Positions 12,629 to 26,052 of a stretch of DNA of 64,000 nucleotides are shown in pieces (position 1 is the stretch's first letter; each line of letters opens with the position of its first letter). Location: contig OZ024748.1 of NCBI GenBank assembly GCA_964016885.1, forward strand, positions 14,756,001 through 14,820,000, in the 5' to 3' direction. The position numbers were made by a program, and so were the translations under genes. Under the pieces are notes generated by a model. That model saw only the letters and a list, made by a program, of their open reading frames with translations. It was not told the origin of the DNA and searched no databases. This DNA is from Eledone cirrhosa. Its lineage: Eukaryota.

Positions 12629-12814
12629 AGGGCGGTGGATTGGCAGTATCGGTAGAAGGTCGGACGCCATGTTTTCCAGTATAGTTACGTCCCTTTACGA
12701 TCTGAGTTCAAATCCCGCCGAGGTTGACTTTGCCTTTCATCCTTACGGGTTCGATAAAATAAAGTACCAGTAATGCACTGGGTAATTGCTGGCCTTGTGC
12801 CTAAAGTAGAAACA
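12629..12814 (+). mobile_element. Full-length tRNA-derived Meta-domain-like SINE with 17-bp TSD
   Basis: A-box-like tggcagtatcggtaga, B box gagttcaaatccc, core gcctttcatccttacgggttcgataaaataaagtaccag; TSD attatatttatttctct at 12612-12628 and 12815-12831. Confidence 0.9.
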
Positions 12815-13459
12815 ATTATATTTATTTCTCTGTCAAAATAGTTGGTCTACTCAAGATTTTAATTATTTTCTTTGGCTACAAATATAAAACTAAATCGACA
12901 AAAAGACCAACAACAACAGCCACACTGACATCACCATTAGTAACAACAACAAAAAATAACTGTATTATGTAACAACCCAAGAACACTACTAACTGCAAAA
13001 ACAACAGATACAACCAATAACAACACCACCACTACAACACCACCACTACCACCACCACTACAACACCACCACCACCACCACCACAACAACACTATTATGT
13101 AACAATCCAAGAACACTACAACCTGCAACAACAACACCGTCACAAATGGCAACAACACTGACATCCCTCACCGCCATTAATAAAAAAAAAATAAATAAAC
13201 AAATGTATTATATAACAACCCAACAACAGTACTTACTGCAAAAACAACAGACACATCCAATAACAACACAGACTACAACACCACTACAACAACAACAACA
13301 CTATTTTGTAACAATCCAAGGTAAATTAAAACTCTTTGTATTCAGTTGTACCATTAACACTATAAACACTCGCTTCAGCTCTACCTTGGAGACAACATAG
13401 TGTATTAAGTCTTCTGTAGTCTTGTAAGTTACAAGGTAATTCCCACTAGTGTTGATTTA

Positions 13460-13860
13460 GGGAGAAGGCCAATGATTTGTGGGAGTGGAAAGTCAATTAA
13501 ATTAACCCCTGTGTGTTACTGGTATGTTATTTTATCGACCCCTTCAGGATGAAAGGCAGGATTTGAACTCATAACATAAAGGACCATAATTATATGTCGC
13601 AAAGCATGTTGTCCGATGCTCTATTAATTCTGCCAATCCTCTACCCTAGCCCTCTTTACTCATAATGGTAATTGTTTCTACTTTTAGCACAAGGCCAGCA
13701 ATTATCCAATGCATTACTGGTACTTTATTTTATTAATCCTATAAGGATGAAAGGCAAAATTAACCTCGGCGAGATTTGAACTCAAATCATAAAGGGCCGT
13801 AACTCTATGCTGCAAAGCATGGTGTCCGACCCTCTACCGACAATGCCAATCCCCATCCCT
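13460..13860 (-). mobile_element. Two tandem Meta-domain-like SINE copies
   Basis: ctggta..ttattttat..ggatgaaaggc..gatttgaactca occurs twice (about 13460-13650 and 13672-13860). Confidence 0.8.
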
Positions 13861-14153
13861 TTATATTATTCATAATAATAATAAAAAACAGGATAAGGAC
13901 AAGAATTTGAAATATGGTTATCGTCAGTTGACTTTGTCATTAATCAAATACTTGATATACTGATGCCTTGCCATTCCATGTAATAAACCATTCTTGTGGA
14001 TTACAGCAAGCAGCAACCAAATGAAATATCAAATCCTCAATATTGATATTAGTTATCAAACCTCACCATCAGATTTCTAGTGGTCCCCCCCCCCCCTTTA
14101 AAGTTGGCTCTCATTTCATCAATTCTGCTATATATTCTTTATGATGAATTTAA

Positions 14154-14672
14154 CCCCTTCATTACTATATTTCTAAGGAGAGGGACAGCAGTTAGAATTT
14201 AAACAATTTTCAACAAATTTAGAGGAATTTAGTAAAATAACTTTCTCATTATTAAGCTAATGTTTGATGCTTAGAAAGTATCTAACTATATGTGAATAAA
14301 ATACGAATAAATTAGATTTTTATTAAAGCATTTCTTACGAAAAATATTGATTTTCAAATAATTTATAAGTAATCACAAATTTATAAGGGATTTTAGTAAT
14401 ATAACTAACTTTCTCATTATTAAGTTGATGTTTGGAACATAACTTAATAAAGGTTCTTACATAAAATTATGATGGAATGATTTTAGATAAATATAAACAT
14501 TGTAAAACAAATAGTTTTGTAATATTGAATCAGGGGTGTTTGGAACATAACTAAACAAAGATTCTTACATAATTTATGATGGAATAATTTCAGATAAATA
14601 TAAACACTTTAAAACAAATAGTTTTGTAACTTATAATCAGAGTTATTTTCAGGCATTTTAGTATCAAAGGGG
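14154..14672. mobile_element. piggyBac-like MITE (TTAA TSD, CCC...GGG ends)
   Basis: ttaa|ccccttcattact ... agtatcaaagggg|ttaa; related copies begin at ~14877, 15256, 33319, 34333, 42937. Confidence 0.75.
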
Positions 14673-16923
14673 TTAAACTTTTCTGCAATAGCTTGCCAAT
14701 AATTTTTCTTATCCAAGAAGATTTATAGAGCAACTGGTGACCATAGCTGTCTTAGAGAAGTCTTGATTGATTCTGTCACTTCTGATCAGCCATAACAGTT
14801 GTTGATTCACAAGATCAATATTAATGCTGCTAAAGGAAAATAGAAAAATGCAATGCTCTAATATATTATTAGATTTAACCCTTTTGGTACCAAACAACTG
14901 AAACTTCAGTTTGTTTTATGATAGAAAATTATTTGTTTAAGGCATTTATATTTATCTAAAAACATTCTAACATTAATTTATGTAAGATTCTTTGTTAATT
15001 TCTGTCCCAAACACCATTTCGACAATGAGAATGTTTGTTATATTACTAAATATCTCTCAATTCTTGATTAATTTCAAAATAATTTGAATATCACAGGCAG
15101 TGTCTTTCATTAGAAATATGGTAACAAAGGAGTTTAAAGCTTTGATTCTGTCACTACTAATCAACCTCAACGGTCGTTGACTCACAAGATCAATACTAAT
15201 ACAGCTGAGAGGGGTAGTGTAAGAAAAGTTCAATGTGCTAATGATTTATTACTTTTAACCATTTTCATACCAACCAACCCAAAATTAGCTTTGGTCCTCT
15301 GAAACAAAGCAACTCATTTTTGCGACCAGAAATCGATCGACAAAATCACAGGCCACATTCACTTACCAAGTAGGGTGGAGCTTGTCAAATCAGACCAAGG
15401 AAACAATGTTTCCATTGATCTTTTCATTGCTAATACTATCTACCAGTTGCAACTCCTAACAATGGAAAGAAAAGACCAATGCAAACATTGTTTCCTTGGT
15501 CCAGTTTGACAAGCTTGTTTTAAAATCTTCCAACATAATTTATAAAAGAACCATGTGTTAAATTACTTTCTTAGTAATGACATAATTAATTATTTTAGTA
15601 AATTCCCCTCCAAATCCTACATTAATTAATTGAAATAGATTGTATTTCATTAGAAATACAGTCATGGAAGAGATAAAATTCTTGGCAATGGCTAGCCAAT
15701 AATTTTTTTCCCTTTTCCTAGCAAATTTATAGAGCAACTTCGATAAGTCTTGATTGATTCTGCCACTTCCTATCAGCCTCAACGGCTGTTGACTCTCGGA
15801 ATCAATATTATTACAGCTAGGGATGGGAAGGGAGAGAGAAAAAATGCAATGCTGCGATGTTTTATTAGATTTAAACCTGCTTTTAACACGTGATAGATAG
15901 ACATCATTTTGGTTCAACACGATTTTGAATTTAAAAATCTATAATAATCCAATTACTTGCCTCAAAGTAATGGCATTCATTAAAGGCTTCGATGGATGGA
16001 CATTTCGATTTTTTTTATTTAGAATGTTAGCATGATTAACATTTATTTGAACACACAAACCCTAAATCCAAAGCTACAGTTGTTATATTGTTCGATATTA
16101 CGAACACAGTAGAAAATAATTAGCCCTTTCATTATCATATTTCTAAGGAAAGACACTGCTTCCGATTTTCAAATAATTTTGAAAATAATGCACTGGGTAA
16201 TTGCTGGCCTTGTGCCTAAAGTAGAAACAATTATTATTATTATTGTCACTATTATTTGTTTCTATTCATTGTGTGCTGTACTGCATTACCAAAAACAGCT
16301 CCGTGTGCCTAGGATAGCTGCAGTGGGTTTTTAATGATATTGTTGTTATTGTATTGAATGTTCTCTTCGTAATATGTGAGGAGGCCTAGCAGTACTACTT
16401 TCTGTGTGTTGTGTATATAAGTCCTGGGGTTCTAGTTATGTATCAGACTCTCCCTCTCTGTTTATTTTTTTATTATTCCCAGAGTACCTGTTATTATTGG
16501 AATTTTTTCCACTTTCATCATCCACATTTGGGTTATTTCTATTTCTAGAATATTTGGATAGTTTCTCCATTTCTTTGATAGAGATAATGCCGTCTGTGGG
16601 GACTGATATGTCAAATGTTGAAGTTATCGTTATTATTAATATTATTATTTTCATTATTCCTCGTTATATATTTACTATTAACCTTTTCAAAGGTGTACAT
16701 CCTTGAAAAGGATTGCCAAAATAACCTGAAAGGGCTAGCATTCGCAATCGGATTTTACCTTCCTTTATACCCACTCTGCTTCTGTCCATGCATATAATAC
16801 TACCCTGAATTGTGGTCACCCTAGTTTCAACACTGCAGACTTTATATACCTTGAGCTGGTCGATCATGAAACGTGTGTCACATGTGAATAAATATAATGT
16901 TATGTTGATACTTTGTACCTAAT

Positions 16924-16925
<2 letters not shown>

Positions 16926-16960
<35 letters not shown>

Positions 16961-17091
16961 GGCTCATGATTCTTTTCCTATTACCCACTCTACTAGCCTA
17001 AGTATTGAGTACTCTGGTGTGTTATGGTCCACCTGGTTTATTACATTTCGTTCATTTTTTATATATACACACATATATATATATATACACA

Positions 17092-17135
<44 letters not shown>

Positions 17136-17186
17136 TATATATATATACATATATATATATTTACATATATATACATATATATACAC

Positions 17187-17217
<31 letters not shown>

Positions 17218-17881
17218 CATATATATACACATATATATACATATATTTACATACATATACATATACACATATATATACATATATATATATTTACATACAT
17301 ATACATATATACATATATGTGCACACACATATATATACACATATATGTGCACATACATATATATACACATACATATATATATATACACATAAATATATAT
17401 ACATATATATACACATACACATATATATATATACATATACATATATATACATATATATGTGCATATACATATATATGTGCACATACATATATATGTACAC
17501 ATACATATATATACACATACATATATATACACATACATGTATATACATATAGATACACATACATATATATATATATACACATACACATATATATATACAC
17601 ATACATATATATATATACACATACACATATATATATATACACATACACATATATATATATACACATACACATATATATATATACACATACACATATATAT
17701 ATATATATACACATATATATATATATACACATATATATATACACATATATATATATACATACATATACATATACATATATATACATATATATACATACAC
17801 ATATATACATACACATATATACATATATATACATGTATATACACATACATATATATATACATATGCATATATATATATACA

Positions 17882-17928
<47 letters not shown>
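16926..17928. repeat. (TA)n/(TACA)n compound microsatellite with an embedded 100-bp dispersed repeat (16957-17060)
   Basis: Direct inspection; the embedded piece is homologous to 30703-30785 and 59470-59552. Confidence 0.95.
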
Positions 17929-18002
17929 TTATCCTATAACAAAATTAGGTTTCTTTCCATGTAGATTCTCAAGATAACCATCTTCCCTTGATTTTATTCA
18001 AT

Positions 18003-18448
18003 CATTTTTTTATGTCTTACGATGCATATATTCAAATATATTGACTTAGCTGCTGTTGTTGCTGTGGATGTTATTGTCGCCACAGCCACCACTACTACGG
18101 ATACCCCCACTGCCACCACCCCCACTACTACCACCACTACTTCTACCACCACTACTACTACTACCACCACTACTACTACCACCACTACTACTACCACCAC
18201 CACTACTTCTACCACCACTACTTCTACCACCACTACTACTACTACCACCACTACTACTACCACCACTACTACTACCACCACTACTACTACCACCACTACT
18301 ATGATTTTTATGTCTTATAATGCAGATATTCAAATATATATATTATCTTTGCTGTTGCTGGCATTGTCGACACCACCACCACCACCACCACCTTATTTAT
18401 GTCATATGCATATATTCAAATCTATTATCTTTGCTGTTGTCTTCATTG

Positions 18449-18480
<32 letters not shown>

Positions 18481-19372
18481 GGTGCCTCCACCAACACCAA
18501 CAGCCATCACCAACATCAACAACATCAACAACACTGAAATCTGCCCTATCCACCCTATATTTCTATGTCATATATGAACATATAGTCAAATATATTATCG
18601 TGGTTATTGCTGTGATAGTTGCGACTGCCACCATCATCACCATCACCAACAACAATATCAACATCACCATCACCAACATCACCATCACCAACGCCCCCAT
18701 CACCACTATCACCCCCACCATCACAACCAACACCACTATCACCATTACCAACAACACCACTATCACCACCACCACTACTATCACCACCACTACCAACACT
18801 ACCACCACTACTATCACCACTACCACCACTATCACCACTACTATCACCACCACTACCACCAACACCACTATCACCACCACTATCACCACTAATATCACCA
18901 CCACTACCACCACCACCACTATCACCACTACTATCACCACCACTACCACTACCACCACCACTACCACCACCAACACCACAATCACCAATACTACCACTAA
19001 CACTATCACCACCACTACCACCACCATCACTACCACCACCAACACCACTATCACCACCACTACCACCACCACCACTATCACCACCACTACCACCACCACC
19101 ACTATCACCACTAATATCACCACCACTACCACCACCACCACTATCACCACTACTATCACCACCACTACCACTACCACCACCAACACCACAATCACCATTA
19201 CTATCACCACCACTACCACCACCAACACCACAATCACCAACACTACCACCAACACCACAATCACCAACACCATTATCATCATCACAACTATGACGCCCAC
19301 CACCATTGCCCACACCACTATCACCACCCCAACCATTACCACCACCACCACCTCCTCCTCTACCAACACCAA
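18003..19372. repeat. (ACC/ACT/ATC)n expansions interleaved with a ~55-bp repeated unit
   Basis: tttatgtc(t/a)ta..gcatatattcaaat unit at ~18008, 18305, 18395, 18560. Confidence 0.9.
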
Positions 19373-19865
19373 TCCACCAATACAGAAATCCACCACTGCC
19401 ACAAAATACTTTTCCATTGCAGTTTATAGACCTTCTTATGATTCCATGAAAATATATTTTGATCGGATGACAGTTCATTATTTGTGCAGAGTGTGTGTGT
19501 GTGTGTATGCATGTATGTATGTATTCTCTTGTGAACGCAGTCATCTATTATTGGATCTTGATGTATTTCGCTTGTGTGTGTGTATGTATACAGCCACTTG
19601 TACATATATATATATACACATGTACATATATATATATATACATACAGATATATACTACACATATACACACACACACACAGATATATACAAACACACACAA
19701 ACATGGATGTTAGACGATAATGATGATGATGATGTATATATGTATGTATATGTACATATATATATGTGGAGGCACATATATATATGTGTGTATGTATATG
19801 TACATATATATATATATGGAGGCACATATATATATGTGTGTATGTATATGTACATATATATATAT

Positions 19866-20207
19866 GAAGGCACATGGCTCAGTGGTTAGAGCATTGGCCT
19901 TGCAATCGAAAGGTTGTGAGTTCAATTCTCAGACCGGGTGATGTGTTGTTTCCTTGAGCAAGACACTTTATTTCACATTGCTCCAGTTTACTCAGCTGTA
20001 GAAATGAGATGATAGGGACTGGGGTCCCTATCATTCCACTGTAAAGTGGTCGTGCAGGTGCCACGACAAACAAGCACCCAGCACTCACTGTAAATGAGGT
20101 TGGTGTTAGGAAGGGCATCCAGCTGTAGAAATCAAGCCAGAATCAGTTCCCATCCCACCCTTGCAAGCAGGGAAAAGTGGACGTAAAATGATGATGATGA
20201 TGATGAT
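19866..20207 (+). mobile_element. Full-length CORE-like SINE with RTE-derived tail
   Basis: A and B boxes, CORE-like block, 11-bp hairpin at 20009-20034, ggaagggcatccagctgtagaaa module, tail cccttgcaagcagggaaaagtggacgtaaaat(gat)n. Confidence 0.92.
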
Positions 20208-20860
20208 ATGTATATATGTATATATTTATATATATATATATAATCAATAGCTGATATTTCCCTAACATTGCAGTGAATTATTTCCGTAATTCAAGTATCC
20301 ATAATTTATAGGGCCAACACGAGTTTTAATATGTACTGTGAATGTATTGATATACACTGTAGAATCCTAGTTTTATAATGTATTGGATGAAAACGGAGAA
20401 AGGAAGGAGCTGATCATAAGATCAGACCAAGGAAATAATGTTTCCATTGGTTATTCCATTGCTGATACTAACAATTGGTTGCAACTTCTGGCAGAAGGAG
20501 CAACATAAAATAAAGTATTATAGTTAATACAAAGTATTGTTAGATATGTAATAAATGACTGATAGGGAAGAAGACATGGATCATTCATTTTTGTTTTGAA
20601 CAGTTTTTTTCACATTTGAAAAGAGGATATTAACCCTGAAATATCATGTTGAAATATATTGGGTAAATCATTTCTTTGTTTAATTTATTTGTCATTCTTT
20701 GCCCTTTATATATTTCTACCACACTGTACCAGCCTTTTGACAATTATCAGTGGCTTATTACATAAAAAAGTATTTTGCTCAAGAACACAACATGTCACGA
20801 GGTCACAACGTCTTTATTATGATCATGAGGCCAACATCCCTAACCACTAGTTTTAATATA

Positions 20861-21081
20861 CAGAGTGAGCATATAGAGTCCTTCTCTGATTATTAACCTT
20901 TATTAAGCAAAACATAAACAAGATAGAAAACAGTTTATGGCACACTTATAGCATATGCTTAGAAGCATGTTTCATTCATACATGAACTTCAGTGAGCTTC
21001 AACATGGGCCCCACTCGTCACTCGGAGCACGTCTAAACAATATTCAATTTCACACCATGTAAAAACTTTATGCTCACCCTG
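20861..21081. mobile_element. Tc1/mariner-type MITE
   Basis: ta|cagagtgagcata ... ttatgctcaccctg|ta (TIRs with TA TSD). Confidence 0.75.
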
Positions 21082-21890
21082 TATATAGTATCACATTAAT
21101 TTTAATGTGTATTGTAGAATATAAGTTATAATGTGAGTTGTTAAACTTTAGATGGTGAAGTAGAGTAGGTTGCATGTTCTAGAGAATTTGTTCCAAAATA
21201 ATTACACTTACAGACATATATTTGCATACTCACAAATATATATATACCTGCATGCTTACACTTTGTATACTAACTCATCTTATTAACAATATTTTTCCAT
21301 TACTGCTTGGAGTATCTTATGAAATTAATGTATTTATATACCCAAGAGAATATGGAAGTACAATATATACATACATATATATAGAGAGAAAGAGAGAGAC
21401 ACAGCGAGTGATAGAGAGAGAGTATCAAATACATGGGAGGCTATATGCAGTTTTATTCAGGTTTAATCTTATCTCCAATACAACTGCATATGGCCTTCGA
21501 TGTATTTAATACTCTATAATGATTTGGCTTGTACCATTTATAGATGTCGTTGAGCGCTTCATTTTATCTGTATCAGACAATCCACTAGAATGTGGTTGGC
21601 ACATCCCTGGTTGGTTAGCACCACACACATATATTTATATATATATAACATCACGTGACTTTCACATACATCATAGAATTCATCTTTCTTATAAATATAT
21701 CTCTATTATAAGTTGAGCCAACATATATATATATCTATATCTATTATAAGTTTAGCTAACTTATATATATATATAGTTTTGAGAGTTTTTTTTATATGAA
21801 ATCGTGTGTCGAAACAAATATTGTTATACTTGGAGAGGGTCATATTATTAATTCTGGCAATATTACACAAATATGACCCTCCCCAAGTAT

Positions 21891-21921
<31 letters not shown>

Positions 21922-22080
21922 CTATAAGTTGAGCCAACTTATATATATGAATATCTATTATAAGTTGAGCCAACTTATACAGCTTCATATGCAAATGAGA
22001 TTAATAATCACATTTACACAGATGAGGAAACTATATAATCTATGTTTTCAAAGTCCAGCAGTAGCACGAGCGGGAGGGAT

Positions 22081-22134
22081 TGTCCTGATGAGAACCAGTT
22101 CAGTTCGAAATGTCTCCCTTGTTTCTGATGGACA
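22081..22134 (+). ncRNA. Hammerhead-like core, probably decayed
   Basis: tgtc-CTGATGA-gaac/gttc stem II-GAAA...gaca; no proper stem III or NUH triplet. Confidence 0.4.
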
Positions 22135-22602
22135 CTGCCAGGTGGCGATAGCCGCTGGTGTTTTTGCATAGCTACAGCTTTCTAAATGTTTATTTAGAAA
22201 TACGAAATTCCAATACATATTTGTATACAGCTATGTTCGAAGCTAAATTCTAATTCTATTATATATAATATTATATTATATTATATTATATTATTTATAT
22301 GTCCCTTTATGATCTGAGTTCAAATCTCGCCGAGGTTAACTTTGCCTTTCATCCTTACGGGGTTGATAAAATAAAGTACCAGTGATGTACTGGGTAATTG
22401 CTAGCCTTGTGCCTAAAAATAGAAACAATTATATTATTTATATATTTAGGTTCATACACAAAACAAAAAATGGTACCTAAGGTTTCAAGGCCCAATTATG
22501 ACCATCTCCCCAGATTTTGCAGTGTGGAAGAGTGATCAAATTCCTGATCAGGTGCTTTTTGTTCTGTGTATGAACAAAAATAAATTATATGGTATAGCAG
22601 TA

Positions 22603-23099
22603 AGCAAAAAGAACATACCTCGAGATTATATATACATGAACATTTTAATCAGAGCAATAAAACAAAACAGGTTATCATATCAGTTGCTCCTTGGTTTGGG
22701 GTTTTTGCTAGTTGCTCATCGTTTTTCTACATACATGGTCCGCTGAACCGATTTTTATTTCTTTTTCTAAAAATCTGGTGGGAGACCATGTAGAAGATCA
22801 CACCACCTAGCTTTGACTTTGGAGGCAGTCGATTAACTGCCCTTAGTTCTGACGTCATATTCTGATGTCAAAAGCTGAATACACTCTCTTTTCAACTTTG
22901 TGTGTTGATGCGAGCAAATGCATTTCACTGTGGCAAAACAGCGATATCACACCATGCGGTCACGGGATATTTGAACACCGCCACGAAATGATAATTACAA
23001 ATTACAAATCAAGGAGCAACTGATATGATAACCTGTTTTGTTTATTGCTCTGATTAAAATGTTCATGTACATATAATCTCGAGGTATATTCTTTTTGCT
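22603..23099. mobile_element. MITE with ~92-bp TIRs and TA flanks
   Basis: 22601-22693 is the near-perfect reverse complement of 23010-23101. Confidence 0.85.
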
Positions 23100-24851
23100 T
23101 AATTGTTTACCTACACCTAACAACAAATAGAAGAGATGTTCTAGCAGCCAAGCTAAGGAAACGAACTCCCCTCTAAATCGTAAAACAATGCAGCCTTCTC
23201 AAATGGTGACCATCTCTCCTAAATTATATTGTATAGCAGCTTTCATACCAGATATATGTATGTACATATACACACACATATATATACATACATACACACA
23301 TCTATACACACATATATATATGTACAAACACACAGACACAGACACACACACAGACATGTATATATCATCCTTTTTACATCTGGTTTTTCATGCTTGATGG
23401 GTTGGATGTATGACTAGATGACTAGTGTTATTCCTGTATATGCAATTAGTGTGAATCTTAAATGTTTTACATATAAGATTTACACTGATCTTATATGTTG
23501 TAAATTCCAAAGTTTTTGGCAGGATTTTTTCTGGCTGGATGCCCTTCCTATTACCAACAACTTCACAGCAGGGACTTGGATAAAAATAAATGAGATTTTT
23601 ATTTTCTCTCCCAAAGAACTACAGAACCAAATTATATCATTACTCCCTCCACTAGTGTCTGAAAGATGATTATTTTACATTGAATATATATATACCACAC
23701 AACAACATATATATATATATTCATATATATATTCTATTAACTCTACATACTGTGTATTCACAGTTCTTTCGGAAAGACATTTGAAGAATAGATTTAAGCC
23801 AGACTTACTGATCACAGCGTAATAAATTTAATGTGAGTTTTTGGCTTATCTTCACTTAGCTAAAAGGTTTCCTTCGAAAAGCTCATGTCAATTTAGTTTG
23901 CTTTCTCTGCAAATTTGTTGCTTTATAAAAACTCCTATAGAGATATGGATGGCATAGTTTCAAAATTTCATTTAATTGTCTTTACACTAATGGAGATATT
24001 CGACAGGTATAAATGCAACTAGAGCCATATTTTGTCAAGAACTTATCACTATGGCACTGAAAATGTTGGCAGTATTAAATATACCTCTCTTCTACACATA
24101 TCCAGTTTATTGATTTTTATTTATTTGTGAGTGTATGTGTGTTTTGTGTTGTTTTTTTTTGTAGAATTTTGTAATTGAAAAAGTTGCAACATGGACATTG
24201 ACTCCAATCTCTGTTGTAAAAGAAGTAAAATATTGCCAAAACACGGAGTCAAAATAATGAAAGGTGAATGAAACACTTCTTCATTACCTTTTAAACTGGA
24301 AATGGACATTGCAGAGTAGATATAAAAAAAATAGAGAGTAATATTTTATAGATAAAAGAATTAGTATGGAATAGATATGCTATATGGTTAGGAGTATATG
24401 TTAAAAGTAAGGATTTGAAGAGTGAGAAAGGTATCTCTCTATCTTTGTGTATTATGTCTATCATCATCATCGTTTAACATCCCTGTTCCACGCTTGCATG
24501 GGTTTGGACGGGGGTTTTTCCACTTGAGGCAAGAGTAGTTGCCTTGCTCGCATAGGACTGTCTGGCGGGTTTTCTACAGCTGGATGCCCTTCCTAACACC
24601 AACTATATATATATATAAAAAAGGAAAAGTGTAGGATTGACTGCAAGCTCAGCAGTTTCGGCTATATACATATATAAATGATGAAATTTCATTTATATGT
24701 TTATGCTTTTATTGAGTATTGCCCTGTTATGTGCATTTTGGAGATGATTGGCATGAATACTTTGCTTGTATATTGAGTGTTCATATCAGTACAAACACCA
24801 GTAATTCACTGAATCACCTATACCATATATATATATATAGATATATGTTAT

Positions 24852-25198
24852 GGAGGCACATGGCTTAGTGGTTAGAGCATTGGCCTTGCAATCGAAAGGC
24901 TGTGAGTTCAATTCTCAGACCGTGTGATGTGTTGTTTCCTTGAGCAAGAGACTTTATTTTACATTGCTCCAGTTTAGTCAGCTGTAGAAATGAGATGATA
25001 GGGACTGGGGTCCCTATCATTCCACTGCAAAGTGGTCGTGGAGGTGCCACAGCAAAAAAGCACCCAGCACTCACTGTAAATGAGGTTGGTGTTAGGAAGG
25101 GCATCCAGCTGTAGAAATCAAGCCAGAATCAGTTCCCGTCCCACCCTTGCAAGCAGGGAAAAGTGGACGTAAAATGAAATGAAATGATGATGATGATG
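24852..25198 (+). mobile_element. Full-length CORE-like SINE with RTE-derived tail
   Basis: Nearly identical to 19866-20207. Confidence 0.92.
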
Positions 25199-25907
25199 TG
25201 TGTATATGTACAAACGTGCGCACACACACTTACACACTCGACGAAACCACTATGGAGACCAACTTAGGCATCCTACCATCAACAGCAATATATCCTAAAG
25301 AACAAAATAAGAGATATTCAATTCTAATACATTTTCATTGACTAAAACAGAGAGACAGACAGGCACACAAAAATCATATAAATATATATATATAAATTTC
25401 AATTATATAAATTTCAATTATATATATATAGGGAGGTGGGTGTAGATATCAACAGAAGAATTCATTCTTTATTTCCTAAAATAAAATCTTGCAAATCCAA
25501 TTTCATCACTGGAAGATTCCAAGGATGAGAATGAAGTAAACGTTATGTGTGCATATGTGTTGGTGTATGTGTGCATGTGTATGTGTGCAATCATTTTATT
25601 CTTATTAGTTTTCCTTTTTCTTTGTTCAGCATTTTGTTATATTTGGATTGCTAATTATTAATATTTTTATTATTATTGTTACTATTACTGCTACTAGTAC
25701 TCTTATTCTTATTCTAGGGAGTGGGGATAACATTTTGCATTAAGAAGACAGAAAATGTTATCTTTATAATGATACGGCTGCAAAGGACTACAGTGTAGTC
25801 TCAGGTATGTTTGATTCCCATTAGAAAAAAACAAACAAATCATTCTTGCCAACTGGAATTATAAGATTGTGGAAAATTGTTTCTTTCAGCAAGGCTATGA
25901 GTTTGCA

Positions 25908-26052
<145 letters not shown>

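Noticed and set aside
16300-16900. Minus-strand ORF fragments next to a TA tract as a retroelement protein
   Set aside because: Short, frame-broken, with no recognisable RT or endonuclease motif
16964-17977. YI/HT-repeat ORFs here and at 39430-40610, 50872-51995, 54355-55377, 60021-62560
   Set aside because: Translations of (TA)n/(CA)n microsatellites that lack stop codons
18399-19889. 496-aa Thr-rich mucin-like ORF and the antisense Gly/Val-rich ORFs
   Set aside because: Trinucleotide expansion open in several frames, running into TA/TG microsatellite; no domain or convincing gene structure
19866-19940. tRNA genes at SINE heads
   Set aside because: A and B boxes are present but each continues into a SINE body, with no complete cloverleaf or poly-T terminator
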